From: Prosthecobacter sp.
Lineage (GTDB): Bacteria; Verrucomicrobiota; Verrucomicrobiia; Verrucomicrobiales; Verrucomicrobiaceae
Direction: 5' to 3'
NCBI GenBank assembly: GCA_041688535.1
Contig: JBDNIB010000297.1
Location: forward strand, 1-40,742
Length of the DNA stretch: 40,742 nucleotides
Shown here piece after piece: positions 1 to 8,724 of the stretch. Numbering within the stretch: position 1 is the stretch's first letter; every line of letters begins with the position of its first letter. The notes beneath the pieces are model-generated. The model did not search any database and was not told the DNA's origin. It worked only from the letters and a program-made list of their open reading frames with translations. A program made the translations under genes and the position numbers.

Positions 1-14
1 CGGACGGCGATCCC

Positions 15-581
15 GGCCCCACCGGCGAAACCGGCCCCGCTGGCATCAGCACCTTTGGTGCCGACGGCCCCACCGGCCCCGCCTGGCCGTTCGATCCCAC
101 CTATCAGACCTTTCCCCAGGGCGACGGCGCGCCCGGCCCCACCGGCCCCACCGGCCCCGATGGCGACCCCACCAAAACCGCCCTCCTGCCCACCACGCGC
201 GGCATCGTCGCGCTGCACGCGCTCGAAGGCGAGGAAGCACTTTTCAAGGACGTCATCACTCTACCGATTCCGCCGCACGGCTTCGCCAGCGCCGACGTCT
301 GCCACATCTTCCGCGAGTGCTGCGAGCCCGGCTCCCTCTTCGTTCAGTTCGCCCACCTCCCCGGCTGCCCCGCGTTGATTGGCACCAGCATCCGCGCCAC
401 CGCCGGCCGCCTCTGCGTGGACGTCCGCCTCCATCCCGCCCCCCGCCGCGAAGTCCTCGCCACCCTCACGATCTGCGGCATCCGCAAGGGCTTCGCCACC
501 GCCAAACTCATGCCCTGCACCCGCGCGCAAATGACCGCCAACAACCAATTCTACACCCGCGCCCATGTTCCGAGTTTGTAG
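15..581 (+). CDS. Collagen-like tail protein 1, 3' part (joins 40251..40742; about 352 aa total)
   Basis: Gly-X-Y repeats continue in frame from 40742 to position 15; C-terminus TRAQMTANNQFY matches paralogs 2 and 3; its stop TAG is part of a REP GTAG. Confidence 0.85.
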   Translation, partial: GPTGETGPAGISTFGADGPTGPAWPFDPTYQTFPQGDGAPGPTGPTGPDGDPTKTALLPTTRGIVALHALEGEEALFKDVITLPIPPHGFASADVCHIFRECCEPGSLFVQFAHLPGCPALIGTSIRATAGRLCVDVRLHPAPRREVLATLTICGIRKGFATAKLMPCTRAQMTANNQFYTRAHVPSL

Positions 582-641
582 TCCCGGCTTCAGCCGGTCC
601 GGTTCCGCCCGTGAAATCCACCGACGGCGCGGAGCTTGCAC

Positions 642-869
642 TCAGCGCTGTGGTCTGGGGGGGGTGGGCGGAGTCTTCGCCTTTGCGATTTTTAGCCGGT
701 CAATCACTCCCTCCATTGTTACAGCGAGGGTGTCACCAGCGTTATTTTCCCATTTCCAAAGGGCGCGTGGAGAGACATCGAGGATGTTTGCCGCCTCGGC
801 TTGCGTCAGGCCGAGGCGGGCGCGGTGCATTTTGAGCGCGGCTGCAAATGATAGGCGGTCGAGCGACAT
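642..869 (-). CDS. XRE-family HTH transcriptional regulator
   Basis: LKMHRARLGLTQAEAANILDVSPRALWKWE motif; ATG 869 abuts the upstream stop. Confidence 0.8.
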   Translation of the reverse strand: MSLDRLSFAAALKMHRARLGLTQAEAANILDVSPRALWKWENNAGDTLAVTMEGVIDRLKIAKAKTPPTPPRPQR

Positions 870-870
870 G

Positions 871-1074
871 TCAGTGACGCAGGCCGACGTGGGCTGGTGT
901 GCAGGCAGGGGTGTTTTTTTCGGCATCCATTACCTCGGCCTGCGTGTAGGAACTGCCGCATCCGTCACACTCATACATTTCGCGGGCGCAAAAGGTCAGG
1001 TGTTTGTTGCCGTCGTGGTTTTTTCCGCAGGTGACTGCGGTGGTGGGCGTGGTTGCGTTTTTCGGTGTGTTCAT
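871..1074 (-). CDS. Small Cys-rich hypothetical protein
   Basis: ORF with CxxC; middle gene of a minus-strand trio. Confidence 0.55.
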   Translation of the reverse strand: MNTPKNATTPTTAVTCGKNHDGNKHLTFCAREMYECDGCGSSYTQAEVMDAEKNTPACTPAHVGLRH

Positions 1075-1098
1075 TGGTTTTTTTTGTGTGGGGTGTTA

Positions 1099-1359
1099 TT
1101 AGCGGGTGCGGAGTTGGTATTGGCGGCCGGCGGCGGGGCACATCGGAGCATCTTCGATCCAGCCCTCGGACTGCGCCGCTTCGGCTTGCCCGTCTTCGGT
1201 TGCGGCGAAGCGGGACTGGAGTTCATCGAGGACGCTATCAGCGCGCGAGTCGCTCATGTTGATCGGCATCTTGCCGAGGACCGCTTTGACGCCATGGCTC
1301 GCGTGGCTGCCGAGTCCGAGTTTGCGAGTGAGTTGGGTGATTTGTGCTTCGTTCTTCAT
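1099..1359 (-). CDS. Hypothetical protein (moron, probably leaderless)
   Basis: ATG 1359 lies 6 nt after a -10-like hexamer. Confidence 0.6.
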   Translation of the reverse strand: MKNEAQITQLTRKLGLGSHASHGVKAVLGKMPINMSDSRADSVLDELQSRFAATEDGQAEAAQSEGWIEDAPMCPAAGRQYQLRTR

Positions 1360-1365
1360 GGGTTG

Positions 1366-1418
1366 ACATTCGCGCATTGTGCGAAGCGGCGCAAGAACTA
1401 TTTTCGCACAATGTGCGA
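1366..1418 (-). promoter_or_regulatory. Promoter with two palindromic operators
   Basis: TCGCGCA-T-TGTGCGA (1370-1384) and TCGCACA-A-TGTGCGA (1404-1418); minus-strand TTGCGC-17-GAATGT. Confidence 0.65.
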
Positions 1419-1425
1419 TTTGCCT

Positions 1426-1481
1426 CCCAGCTCCCCGCCCCAAGCCCCAAGCTCCCTGCCCCATGCCCCATGCCCCATGCC
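1426..1481 (+). repeat. Heptamer tandem repeat (CCA[A/T]GC[C/T]-like, 8 units)
   Basis: Direct reading; same family at 7608-7649 and 33591-33611. Confidence 0.85.
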
Positions 1482-1514
1482 CGCCCCGGCGGCCGCGCAT
1501 AACCCCACCCCACC

Positions 1515-2591
1515 GTGCCCCTAGCCCCGCCCAGCCCCAGCTACCGTTTTCGCCGCACGCGCGGACTGCTGCGCATGCGCGACCTCGCGGCCTTCCTCAC
1601 CTGGCTCGCCCCTCGCCTCGGCTTCCGCCTCGCCTCCGACGAATTCACCCGCGTCTCAGAGAGCGGCGGCCGCCTCACCATCTCCCGCGACCGCCCCGGC
1701 CCCATCGGTCCGCGTGGCCTCACCGGCCTCACCGGCGCGGACGGCCTCACCGGCGCGGACGGCCCCCCCGGTGCCAACGGCGGCGTTTTCCCCGGCCCCG
1801 CCGGCCCCGCCGGCCCCGCTGGCCCGCTCGGTCCCACCGGCGAGCGCGGAGATCGTGGCCCCAAGGGTCCCAAGGGGCCGCAGGGGCTGCTCAAAGGTCC
1901 GCAGGGACCCATCGGCCCCGCGCAAACAGCCCCCGGCCCCGACGGCCCCATCGGCGATCCCGGCCCGAATAAAGGCCCGCCTGGCAACCTCGGCCCAAAC
2001 GGTCCCCCTGGAGCCGATGCCGGACCAGCCCCCGCTGGCCCCCCCGGCGATTACGGCGATTCAAACTACACCTATTTCGGCGACGAATACGCCGCCCCCG
2101 GCGCCCCCGGCCCCACCGGCGAACCCGGCGACAAATTCGCCATCATGCCCGTCTCGTCTTCGTTCGTAGTCCCGCCTTCAGGCGGTCCGGCTTCTTCGTT
2201 CGTAGTTCCGCCTTCAGGCGGTCCGGCCTCCGCGTTCGTCGGCCTCTACGCCATCGAGGCCCCCGATGTGATCTTCGAGTCCGTCCTCCGCCTCACCCTC
2301 CCGCCCCGCACCCGGCAGCACATCCTCCTCCTCGATCCCCGCTACCTCCACGCCGTCGAGTGCGACACCCTCCACCTCACCAGCGTCGTCAGCTCCCTGC
2401 CCATCCCCATCCGCGCCACGCTCAACGCCGCCGGCATCGTCCTGGCTCTCCCCTCGCAGCGGCTGCCCATCACCATCTGTCTCACCGTGCAGGCCATCCG
2501 GCGCGGCATGCGTGATCGCCGTTGGCAGACCTTCACGCCCGCGCAAATGCACGCCAACAACCAATTTTACGCCTGCGCCACTGCTGCCTGA
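1515..2591 (+). CDS. Collagen-like tail protein 2 (in-frame REP dimer)
   Basis: [10 protein letters not shown]-motif, GXY repeats, C-terminal [12 protein letters not shown]. Confidence 0.85.
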   Translation: MPLAPPSPSYRFRRTRGLLRMRDLAAFLTWLAPRLGFRLASDEFTRVSESGGRLTISRDRPGPIGPRGLTGLTGADGLTGADGPPGANGGVFPGPAGPAGPAGPLGPTGERGDRGPKGPKGPQGLLKGPQGPIGPAQTAPGPDGPIGDPGPNKGPPGNLGPNGPPGADAGPAPAGPPGDYGDSNYTYFGDEYAAPGAPGPTGEPGDKFAIMPVSSSFVVPPSGGPASSFVVPPSGGPASAFVGLYAIEAPDVIFESVLRLTLPPRTRQHILLLDPRYLHAVECDTLHLTSVVSSLPIPIRATLNAAGIVLALPSQRLPITICLTVQAIRRGMRDRRWQTFTPAQMHANNQFYACATAA

Positions 2592-2593
2592 TC

Positions 2594-3670
2594 ATGCTCA
2601 TTTCGCCCAAGCCCAAGCCGTACAGACTGCGCAGCACGCGCGGTCTCGCGCTCATGAGTGATGCCATCGCCTACGTCCGGCATTTGTCGCAGCACCTCGG
2701 CACCTTCCGCATCGATTCCAGCGAAATCACCGCCAGCTCCGCCAGCGAATTCGGCGGCAGCATGGACATCACGCGCACCACTGATCGCCCCGGTCCCGTC
2801 GGCCCCCCCGGCCCCGCCGGCCCCCCCGGCCCCGCCGGCGATCCCGGTTTTTCCGGCCTCGGCGGTGCCGATTTTTTCGGCCCGGCCGGAGAAGCGGGAG
2901 AAGCCGGTCCAGCCGGCACTCTCCCCGGCGACAAGGGCCCCCTCGGCGCTACCGGCATCATCGGCGAAGACGGCGGCGCAGGCCCCATCGGTGCCGACGG
3001 CCCTATCGGCCCGCTCACCCCCGGCCCCACCGGCTATCCCGGTCCCAATTCCGGCGCGCTCGGCCCCGATGGCCTCACCGGCCCCACCGGCGCGGATGGC
3101 ATCGAGACCCCCGGAGCACCTGGCCCCCCCGGCCCCGCCCGCGATGTGTACGTCACGTACTCCCCCCTCGGCTCCAGCCCCGACGGCCCCCCCGGCCCCG
3201 CCGGCGCCAAACTAGCCATCATCGAAATCCCCGCGTTCGTAGTTCCGGCTTCAGCCGGTCCGGCCTCCCAGTTCGTAGTCCCGGCTTCAGCCGGTCCGGC
3301 CTCCCAGTTCGTCGCCTTCCACGTCGCCGAAAGCCCCCGCTGCATGTGGCTAGACCACCTCCACGCCGTCCTCCCCGCGCATCGCACGAGCCTCGAAATC
3401 CCCATCGATCCGCTCTGGCTCGAATGCCTCGACAGCGCCGAGTCCATCGAAATCCTCAGCCTCCACATCCACGGCGGCGACGTCACCGCAGAGCTCCGCG
3501 ATTCCTCCCGCATCATCCTGCACGCCACCTCTGCCACGCGCCATTCACGCGCCGCCGTCATCACCGTCGCCGGTATCGCGCGCGCTCACAGCGGCCGCCG
3601 CTTCCCGCAGTTCACCGCCGCGCAAGCGGCCCGCAACGCCGCTTTCTGGTCATCCTCACTCAACCATTAA
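2594..3670 (+). CDS. Collagen-like tail protein 3 (in-frame REP dimer)
   Basis: ATG 2594; [10 protein letters not shown]-motif, GXY repeats, C-terminal TAAQAARNAAFW. Confidence 0.85.
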   Translation: MLISPKPKPYRLRSTRGLALMSDAIAYVRHLSQHLGTFRIDSSEITASSASEFGGSMDITRTTDRPGPVGPPGPAGPPGPAGDPGFSGLGGADFFGPAGEAGEAGPAGTLPGDKGPLGATGIIGEDGGAGPIGADGPIGPLTPGPTGYPGPNSGALGPDGLTGPTGADGIETPGAPGPPGPARDVYVTYSPLGSSPDGPPGPAGAKLAIIEIPAFVVPASAGPASQFVVPASAGPASQFVAFHVAESPRCMWLDHLHAVLPAHRTSLEIPIDPLWLECLDSAESIEILSLHIHGGDVTAELRDSSRIILHATSATRHSRAAVITVAGIARAHSGRRFPQFTAAQAARNAAFWSSSLNH

Positions 3671-3686
3671 ATCCTTCCATCCTTCC

Positions 3687-4253
3687 ATGCACTACCATTG
3701 GTTCAACCTCCCCGCATTGCTCACCCCCGCCGAATGCAACCGCGTGATCAAGCACGCGAAAAAAAACTACCCCGCGCAAGACGCAGTAGTCGGGCATGGA
3801 GCCTCCGCCCGCAGCGATAAAATGCGCACCAGCACCATCCGCTGGCTCAGCTACGGCGACCTCGATCTACTCTGGCTGCGCCTGCGTATCGAAGAAAAAA
3901 TCCTCATCGCCAACCGCGAAGGTTTCGGTTTCAACTTGCAGCCTTCATTCACCGAAATCCAATTCACCGAATACCACGGCGCATCCGGCGGCCATTACGA
4001 TTGGCACGAAGACAATTCCGCGCAAATCCGCAAGCCGATGGATCGCAAGCTCAGCTTCGTCATGCAACTTTCCGCCCCCAAAGACTACACCGGCGGCACC
4101 TTCGAATTGCAAGCCGATCCCCTCCCCGCCGCTGCCTACACGCAGCAGGGCGATGCCCTGCTCTTCCGCAGCGGTCTCAAACACCGCGTGCTCCCCGTCA
4201 CCAGCGGCACCCGCTACAGCCTCGTCACCTGGGTCCACGGCCCCCGTTCGTGA
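3687..4253 (+). CDS. 2OG-Fe(II) oxygenase (prolyl-4-hydroxylase/PKHD-like)
   Basis: YDWHED (HxD), RKLS, GG, HRVLPVTSGTRYSLVTW (distal His and RxS). Confidence 0.9.
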   Translation: MHYHWFNLPALLTPAECNRVIKHAKKNYPAQDAVVGHGASARSDKMRTSTIRWLSYGDLDLLWLRLRIEEKILIANREGFGFNLQPSFTEIQFTEYHGASGGHYDWHEDNSAQIRKPMDRKLSFVMQLSAPKDYTGGTFELQADPLPAAAYTQQGDALLFRSGLKHRVLPVTSGTRYSLVTWVHGPRS

Positions 4254-4272
4254 TTCATCGCATTTTCCCACC

Positions 4273-4536
4273 ATGCACCACACCACCAAAATTTGCCCCC
4301 ATTGTCACGGCCCTTGCCAATCCACCACCGCCGAAGGCTGCAATGGCCCCCCCGGCCTCCCCGGCCCGCATGCTCACACCATCGATCCCACGCCAACCAG
4401 CGTCACCACCATCGAATGCATCCAGCTGCGCTGGAAATACATCGCCGCCGACGAGCACCGCGAGCGCGTAGAAATCTGGCAAAACAATAAGCTCCTAGCA
4501 GTGCGCGATCGCAGCCTCGGCATCATGGGGCTGTAG
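4273..4536 (+). CDS. Small hypothetical protein (CxxC, short GXY)
   Basis: ATG 4273; CPHC and GPPGLPGP. Confidence 0.55.
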   Translation: MHHTTKICPHCHGPCQSTTAEGCNGPPGLPGPHAHTIDPTPTSVTTIECIQLRWKYIAADEHRERVEIWQNNKLLAVRDRSLGIMGL

Positions 4537-4644
4537 CTGCACGAGCGGCCCCTCATGAGTTCGTAGTTCCGGCTTCAGCCGGTCCGGCCTGAAAAATCCT
4601 TCCCAATCCCCTCCCAATCTGCGGATTGACACCAGCACCACCCC

Positions 4645-5286
4645 GTGACCCACACCGTCTATATCGACCTCCCATCGGAGGCAGCACTCGCCGCCACCAC
4701 TGGCACCGCCCTCCCCACGGTCACACTCAAGCTGCGCAGCGCGCAATCTCTCGCCTTCGCCTTCATGACCTCCGGCGTCGTCGCCGCCGTCACCGGCTTC
4801 ATCTCCGGCAAATGCGTCATTAAAGAGTATCCCGGCGACACCCCATTCCTGCTCGACACCAGCCTCGCCGTCACCGGCTCCACCACCACCACGCGCTACA
4901 CCGCCACCTGGGCCGCCGTCGATTGCGACAGCGACGCGCTGCGCACCTTCCTCGGCACCGCCACGCTCAGCCAAGAGTGCTTTTGCGAAGTCGAATGGAT
5001 CGATGCCAACGGCACCCACAGCGTCGCGTTTGCCATTCGCTTCGCTCCGACTTTTTTGGACCCCGATGACGGCGCGCCCGACCTCACCGCCGCCCTCACC
5101 GAAGGCTGGCTCACCGCCCGCGCCCTGCGTTTCGATGCCGCGCAATCGCTCACCACGGCGCAAAAAACGCAGGCGCTGGCGAACCTCGGCATCTCGATTA
5201 CCGCCTTCGGCTATCTCCGCCTCGTCGCCCCCGACGGCACCATCTACCACGCCGGACTTAACACCGGCGAACCCCCCGCCTCATGA
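4645..5286 (+). CDS. Putative baseplate/tail-fibre attachment protein
   Basis: Position; LRFDAAQSLTTAQKTQALANLG motif typical of phage fibre proteins; TTGACA-N13-GTG start. Confidence 0.6.
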   Translation: MTHTVYIDLPSEAALAATTGTALPTVTLKLRSAQSLAFAFMTSGVVAAVTGFISGKCVIKEYPGDTPFLLDTSLAVTGSTTTTRYTATWAAVDCDSDALRTFLGTATLSQECFCEVEWIDANGTHSVAFAIRFAPTFLDPDDGAPDLTAALTEGWLTARALRFDAAQSLTTAQKTQALANLGISITAFGYLRLVAPDGTIYHAGLNTGEPPAS

Positions 5287-6599
5287 TCAAGCACCTCCTC
5301 ATCCTCGCCTTTTTCTGCGGCACCTGTACCGCGCAAACCATCGGGCAATACGAGCTCCGCAAACGCACCGCGACCGGCTTCGATGCCTTCGGCGTCACGC
5401 TTGCCGACGGGCAAGCATTCGGCCAAACCGCCGGCATCCCAGCGGCCATCACTCTCGGCGGCAGCGGCCTCACCATCGGCACCACGACGATCACCAGCGG
5501 CACGTCAGGCCGCGTGATCTACAACAACGCCGGCACCGTCGGTGATCTCGCCACGACCGGCAGCGGCAGCGTGGTCCTGGGGACCAGTCCGACCATCAGC
5601 GGCCTTGCTCCATCCAGCATCACGGGCACCGCCGCAGTGCTGGGAGCGAACACCTTCACCGCGCGGCAAACGATCACGCAAGGCACTGCCAACGCGGGCA
5701 TCATCGCCAGCACAGGCTACTCCCTCACCGGCAGCAATGCCACGTCCATGCTCGACCTCGCCGGCACGTGGAATACGTCCGGCACGCCCACGGCGATCAA
5801 GATTAACATCACAGACACCGCGAGCAATGCGGCGAGCCTACTGCTGGACGTGCAAAGTGACGGAAAATCGATGCTGAAGCTCGGTAAACCTATCGGCGGC
5901 TCTGTTATCCTGGGGCACAGTGAAAGCTGGGATGTTGGCACGCAAAGCTGGATTTTTCGCGGTCGCTACGGCAGCCGCACTTTCACGATGGGTGGAAACA
6001 ACTTGCGCCTTGAGTCCAATTTTATTGCGACATCGTTTCAGTGTTATCGGAACGTCGATGGCAGTGATTATTTGACTTTTGGAAACGAAAACGGCACCGT
6101 GGCCTACTGTGCGCTCGGCTCCGATGGCGAGGGCATTCTTCGCCTCGGCCGGCTGCACGCCACTGTTGCCATTCCTCAATACCTTGTTTCGCACTCAGTC
6201 ACCACCGGCACCGGTGCAAATCTTTTTCTCGGAGCTGGCACGGGCAGTGTTGCCGGCGGTTCAGTGATCCTCGCCACCCGCGCGACCACAGGGGCGCTGG
6301 TCGCACGCTTGACCGCGACCCCAACGGGCGTCGTTATCGGCCCCAACGGCACCGCGCAAAAACTCGTCAAACACGGTACCGCCGTCCTCATCGCGGGCGC
6401 GGTAACAGTCAGTGATTCCGACACCGCCGCGACCGGCACGCCGGCGACAACTAGCCGCATCCTCGTCACGCGCATGAGCGACGGCGGCACCCTCGGCACC
6501 GGCTATTCCATCACGCGCGTCAACACGACCTCATTTACGATCACGTCAAGTAACGCCGCCGAAACCAGCACCGTGAGCTGGTTCATGATCAACCCTTAA
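5283..6599 (+). CDS. Putative tail fibre/receptor-binding protein with signal-peptide-like N-terminus
   Basis: G/T/S-rich beta-type sequence, lower-GC central segment, ATGA coupling. Confidence 0.65.
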   Translation: MIKHLLILAFFCGTCTAQTIGQYELRKRTATGFDAFGVTLADGQAFGQTAGIPAAITLGGSGLTIGTTTITSGTSGRVIYNNAGTVGDLATTGSGSVVLGTSPTISGLAPSSITGTAAVLGANTFTARQTITQGTANAGIIASTGYSLTGSNATSMLDLAGTWNTSGTPTAIKINITDTASNAASLLLDVQSDGKSMLKLGKPIGGSVILGHSESWDVGTQSWIFRGRYGSRTFTMGGNNLRLESNFIATSFQCYRNVDGSDYLTFGNENGTVAYCALGSDGEGILRLGRLHATVAIPQYLVSHSVTTGTGANLFLGAGTGSVAGGSVILATRATTGALVARLTATPTGVVIGPNGTAQKLVKHGTAVLIAGAVTVSDSDTAATGTPATTSRILVTRMSDGGTLGTGYSITRVNTTSFTITSSNAAETSTVSWFMINP

Positions 6600-6640
6600 G
6601 TCCGCAGATTCCGCCGATTAAAACCGATTCCCAAACTCCC

Positions 6641-7075
6641 ATGAAACGCATCCTCCTCCTGCTTTGTTTTGTAGTCCCGGCTTTAGCCGGTCTGTCTCCC
6701 GCCGCCGACATCCAGCTCGGCGACAACGGCACCGTCACGCGCGATAGCATCGCACTCAACAACGTCTCTGATGCCCTCCTCAATCAGCAGCTCACCAGCC
6801 GCGAGTTCATGGATGCCATCAAAGCAAAATTCACCGCGCATGCCGCCGCCCTGGCCGCTGCGCAAACCGCGCAAACCAACGCCGAAGCAAAGCTCGAAAC
6901 TCTCATCGCAGGAGCCAAGCTAGCGATCAGCAAAAATACCAGCGCCGAACGCCTCGCCGCCGCTGCCGAAATGCTCGCGAAAGTTCAGGCCACCGCCGCC
7001 GACGCAGAGCGCGATGAACTGGAAAAACAAGCCGCTGAAATCGCCGCAAAAATCCAAGCCCTCCCCCGCCCATGA
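6641..7075 (+). CDS. Exported coiled-coil protein (possible i-spanin)
   Basis: Hydrophobic N-terminus (includes an in-frame REP), Ala-rich coil, in lysis cluster. Confidence 0.5.
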   Translation: MKRILLLLCFVVPALAGLSPAADIQLGDNGTVTRDSIALNNVSDALLNQQLTSREFMDAIKAKFTAHAAALAAAQTAQTNAEAKLETLIAGAKLAISKNTSAERLAAAAEMLAKVQATAADAERDELEKQAAEIAAKIQALPRP

Positions 7076-7560
7076 ATCCGCACTTCTCCAGCGTCCTCGA
7101 CTCCTGCATCATCGTCGCCACCGCCGCGATCACCGCCGCCTCCACCCTCGTCCTCACCACCACCGAAGCCGCGCATCCCGCGCAACTCGCAGAGCTCTAT
7201 CTCCTCCTTCTCCCATTCCTTGGTGCCCTGGTTTTGAGCGGCGGCATGATCATGCTCAACCCCAACCCCGAAGCCCGCCGCATCGTCATCGGTCGCTCTA
7301 TTATTGCGCTTTTTTTCGGTGTCACCCTCCCGCAAATCGTCGGCATGTTTCACCCCAGTCTTGCCGCGCTCTCACTCAAGCCGATCGTGCTCATTCTCAT
7401 CGGCGGTCTCTCCGCCGCACTGGCGTACGTCATGAGCAAACCATTTACCTCTGAAATGTACCAGCGCGCCGATGCCATCGCCCGCCGCGAAGCCGCAAAA
7501 CTCGAAAAGAAATTCTCCGGCAAAGACGAAGACGAAGAAGAAACCCGCAAGCTCCCCTAG
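7072..7560 (+). CDS. Putative holin
   Basis: 3-4 hydrophobic segments, charged C-tail, upstream of endolysin. Confidence 0.6.
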   Translation: MNPHFSSVLDSCIIVATAAITAASTLVLTTTEAAHPAQLAELYLLLLPFLGALVLSGGMIMLNPNPEARRIVIGRSIIALFFGVTLPQIVGMFHPSLAALSLKPIVLILIGGLSAALAYVMSKPFTSEMYQRADAIARREAAKLEKKFSGKDEDEEETRKLP

Positions 7561-7607
7561 CCCCCCGTCTCCGTTCGTAGTTCGGGCTTCAGCCCGTCCG
7601 CTCCGCC

Positions 7608-7649
7608 CCAAGCTCCAAGCTCCAAGCTCCAAGCTCCAAGCCCCAAGCT
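7608..7649 (+). repeat. CCAAGCT heptamer tandem repeat x6
   Basis: Direct reading. Confidence 0.9.
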
Positions 7650-7652
7650 ATC

Positions 7653-7877
7653 ATGAAACGCACCAAACGCCTCTCCCTCTCCCTCGTCCTTGCCGCCGCC
7701 ACCCTCACCAGTTGCCAATCCCCCGCCGACACCGCCCGCCTCGGCACCCTCGCCGACCTCGCGATCACCTACAGCGCGCGCCGTGGCATCCTCACCGCCG
7801 CCGATGTCGAAGCCCTCCGCGCCGCCCAAGTCATCCTCCTCCCGCCCGTCACAGCCATGACCATCAGCGGCAAATAA
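7653..7877 (+). CDS. Small lipoprotein (possible o-spanin)
   Basis: Signal peptide with lipobox LTSC. Confidence 0.6.
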   Translation: MKRTKRLSLSLVLAAATLTSCQSPADTARLGTLADLAITYSARRGILTAADVEALRAAQVILLPPVTAMTISGK

Positions 7878-7980
7878 TCCGCCTTCCCCCGTTCGTAGTC
7901 CCGGCTTCAGCCGGTCCGAATTCCGAACTCCCAATCTGCGCCAATCTGCGAAATCTGCGGATTGACAATTGCCCTCCAGC

Positions 7981-8523
7981 ATGCGCGCAATCCTCCCCGC
8001 CGGCCGCCCCCTTTTATCACGCAGCGCAGTCGAGCAAATGCTCCGCCGCGCAAAAGTCACCGCCACCGTCGCCATCCTCGGCATCCGTGGCTACTACCGC
8101 GACACCATGGGCAAGCCCGGCACCAATGATCGCGGCATCTACGACGACGCCATATTCGTGCTCTCGCCGTCCGCGTTTGTCGCCTTCAACGCCAACGTCG
8201 ATCCCAGCACCTTCCGCCCCGGCATCGCGGTCCTGCAACCCGGAGTGTGGCAATACCGTCTCGGCATCCACGGTCTCAGCAAGCCCGCCGCGAAGCGCTA
8301 CAAAGCCCTCGTGCAAGCAGACCCCGTCACCGTCTGGCGCGACGACCTTGGCGACGACACCGGCATGTTCGGCATCAACATCCATCGCGGCAGCAACCGC
8401 ACCACCAGCTCTCTCGGCTGCCAAACACTCCCCCCGCCCCAGTGGCCTGCCTTCATCAACCTCGTCGAGTCCGAGCTCAAACGCGCCGCGCAAAAAATCG
8501 TGCCCTACGTCCTCACCGAATAA
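7981..8523 (+). CDS. Putative endolysin, L,D-transpeptidase-like catalytic motif
   Basis: GINIHRG...SLGCQ His/Cys motif; lysis-cluster position; TTGACA-N13-ATG. Confidence 0.7.
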   Translation: MRAILPAGRPLLSRSAVEQMLRRAKVTATVAILGIRGYYRDTMGKPGTNDRGIYDDAIFVLSPSAFVAFNANVDPSTFRPGIAVLQPGVWQYRLGIHGLSKPAAKRYKALVQADPVTVWRDDLGDDTGMFGINIHRGSNRTTSSLGCQTLPPPQWPAFINLVESELKRAAQKIVPYVLTE

Positions 8524-8542
8524 GCACTCCAAGTTTGCGCCA

Positions 8543-8714
8543 CGTCACTCAGCCGTCACTCGCGCCCCCGGCCACTTGTTTTTCCAAGCAACAACTCGCC
8601 TTCGATTCTCGTAGGGGTCGCCACTGCTTGCTGGGTGGCTGCGGTGCGGATGGAGACTCGGAGAGGCTGGAAAAGACCTGAAAAGACTTGTTGAGCGTCA
8701 CTCAAACGGCACTC
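8543..8714. other. attP: core 8601-8623 is a tRNA 3' end (likely tRNA-Glu) with arm-type repeats
   Basis: TTCGATT-CTCGT-AGGGGTC-G-CCA; CG[T/G]CACTC pairs at 8543/8554 and 8696/8707 (11-nt spacing); GAAAAGAC x2 at 8670/8680; adjacent to integrase. Confidence 0.8.
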
Positions 8715-8724
8715 AGTTTGCTGG

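Noticed and set aside
8560-8623. Complete tRNA gene
   Set aside because: Only the 3' 23 nt are tRNA-like; better explained as the attP core
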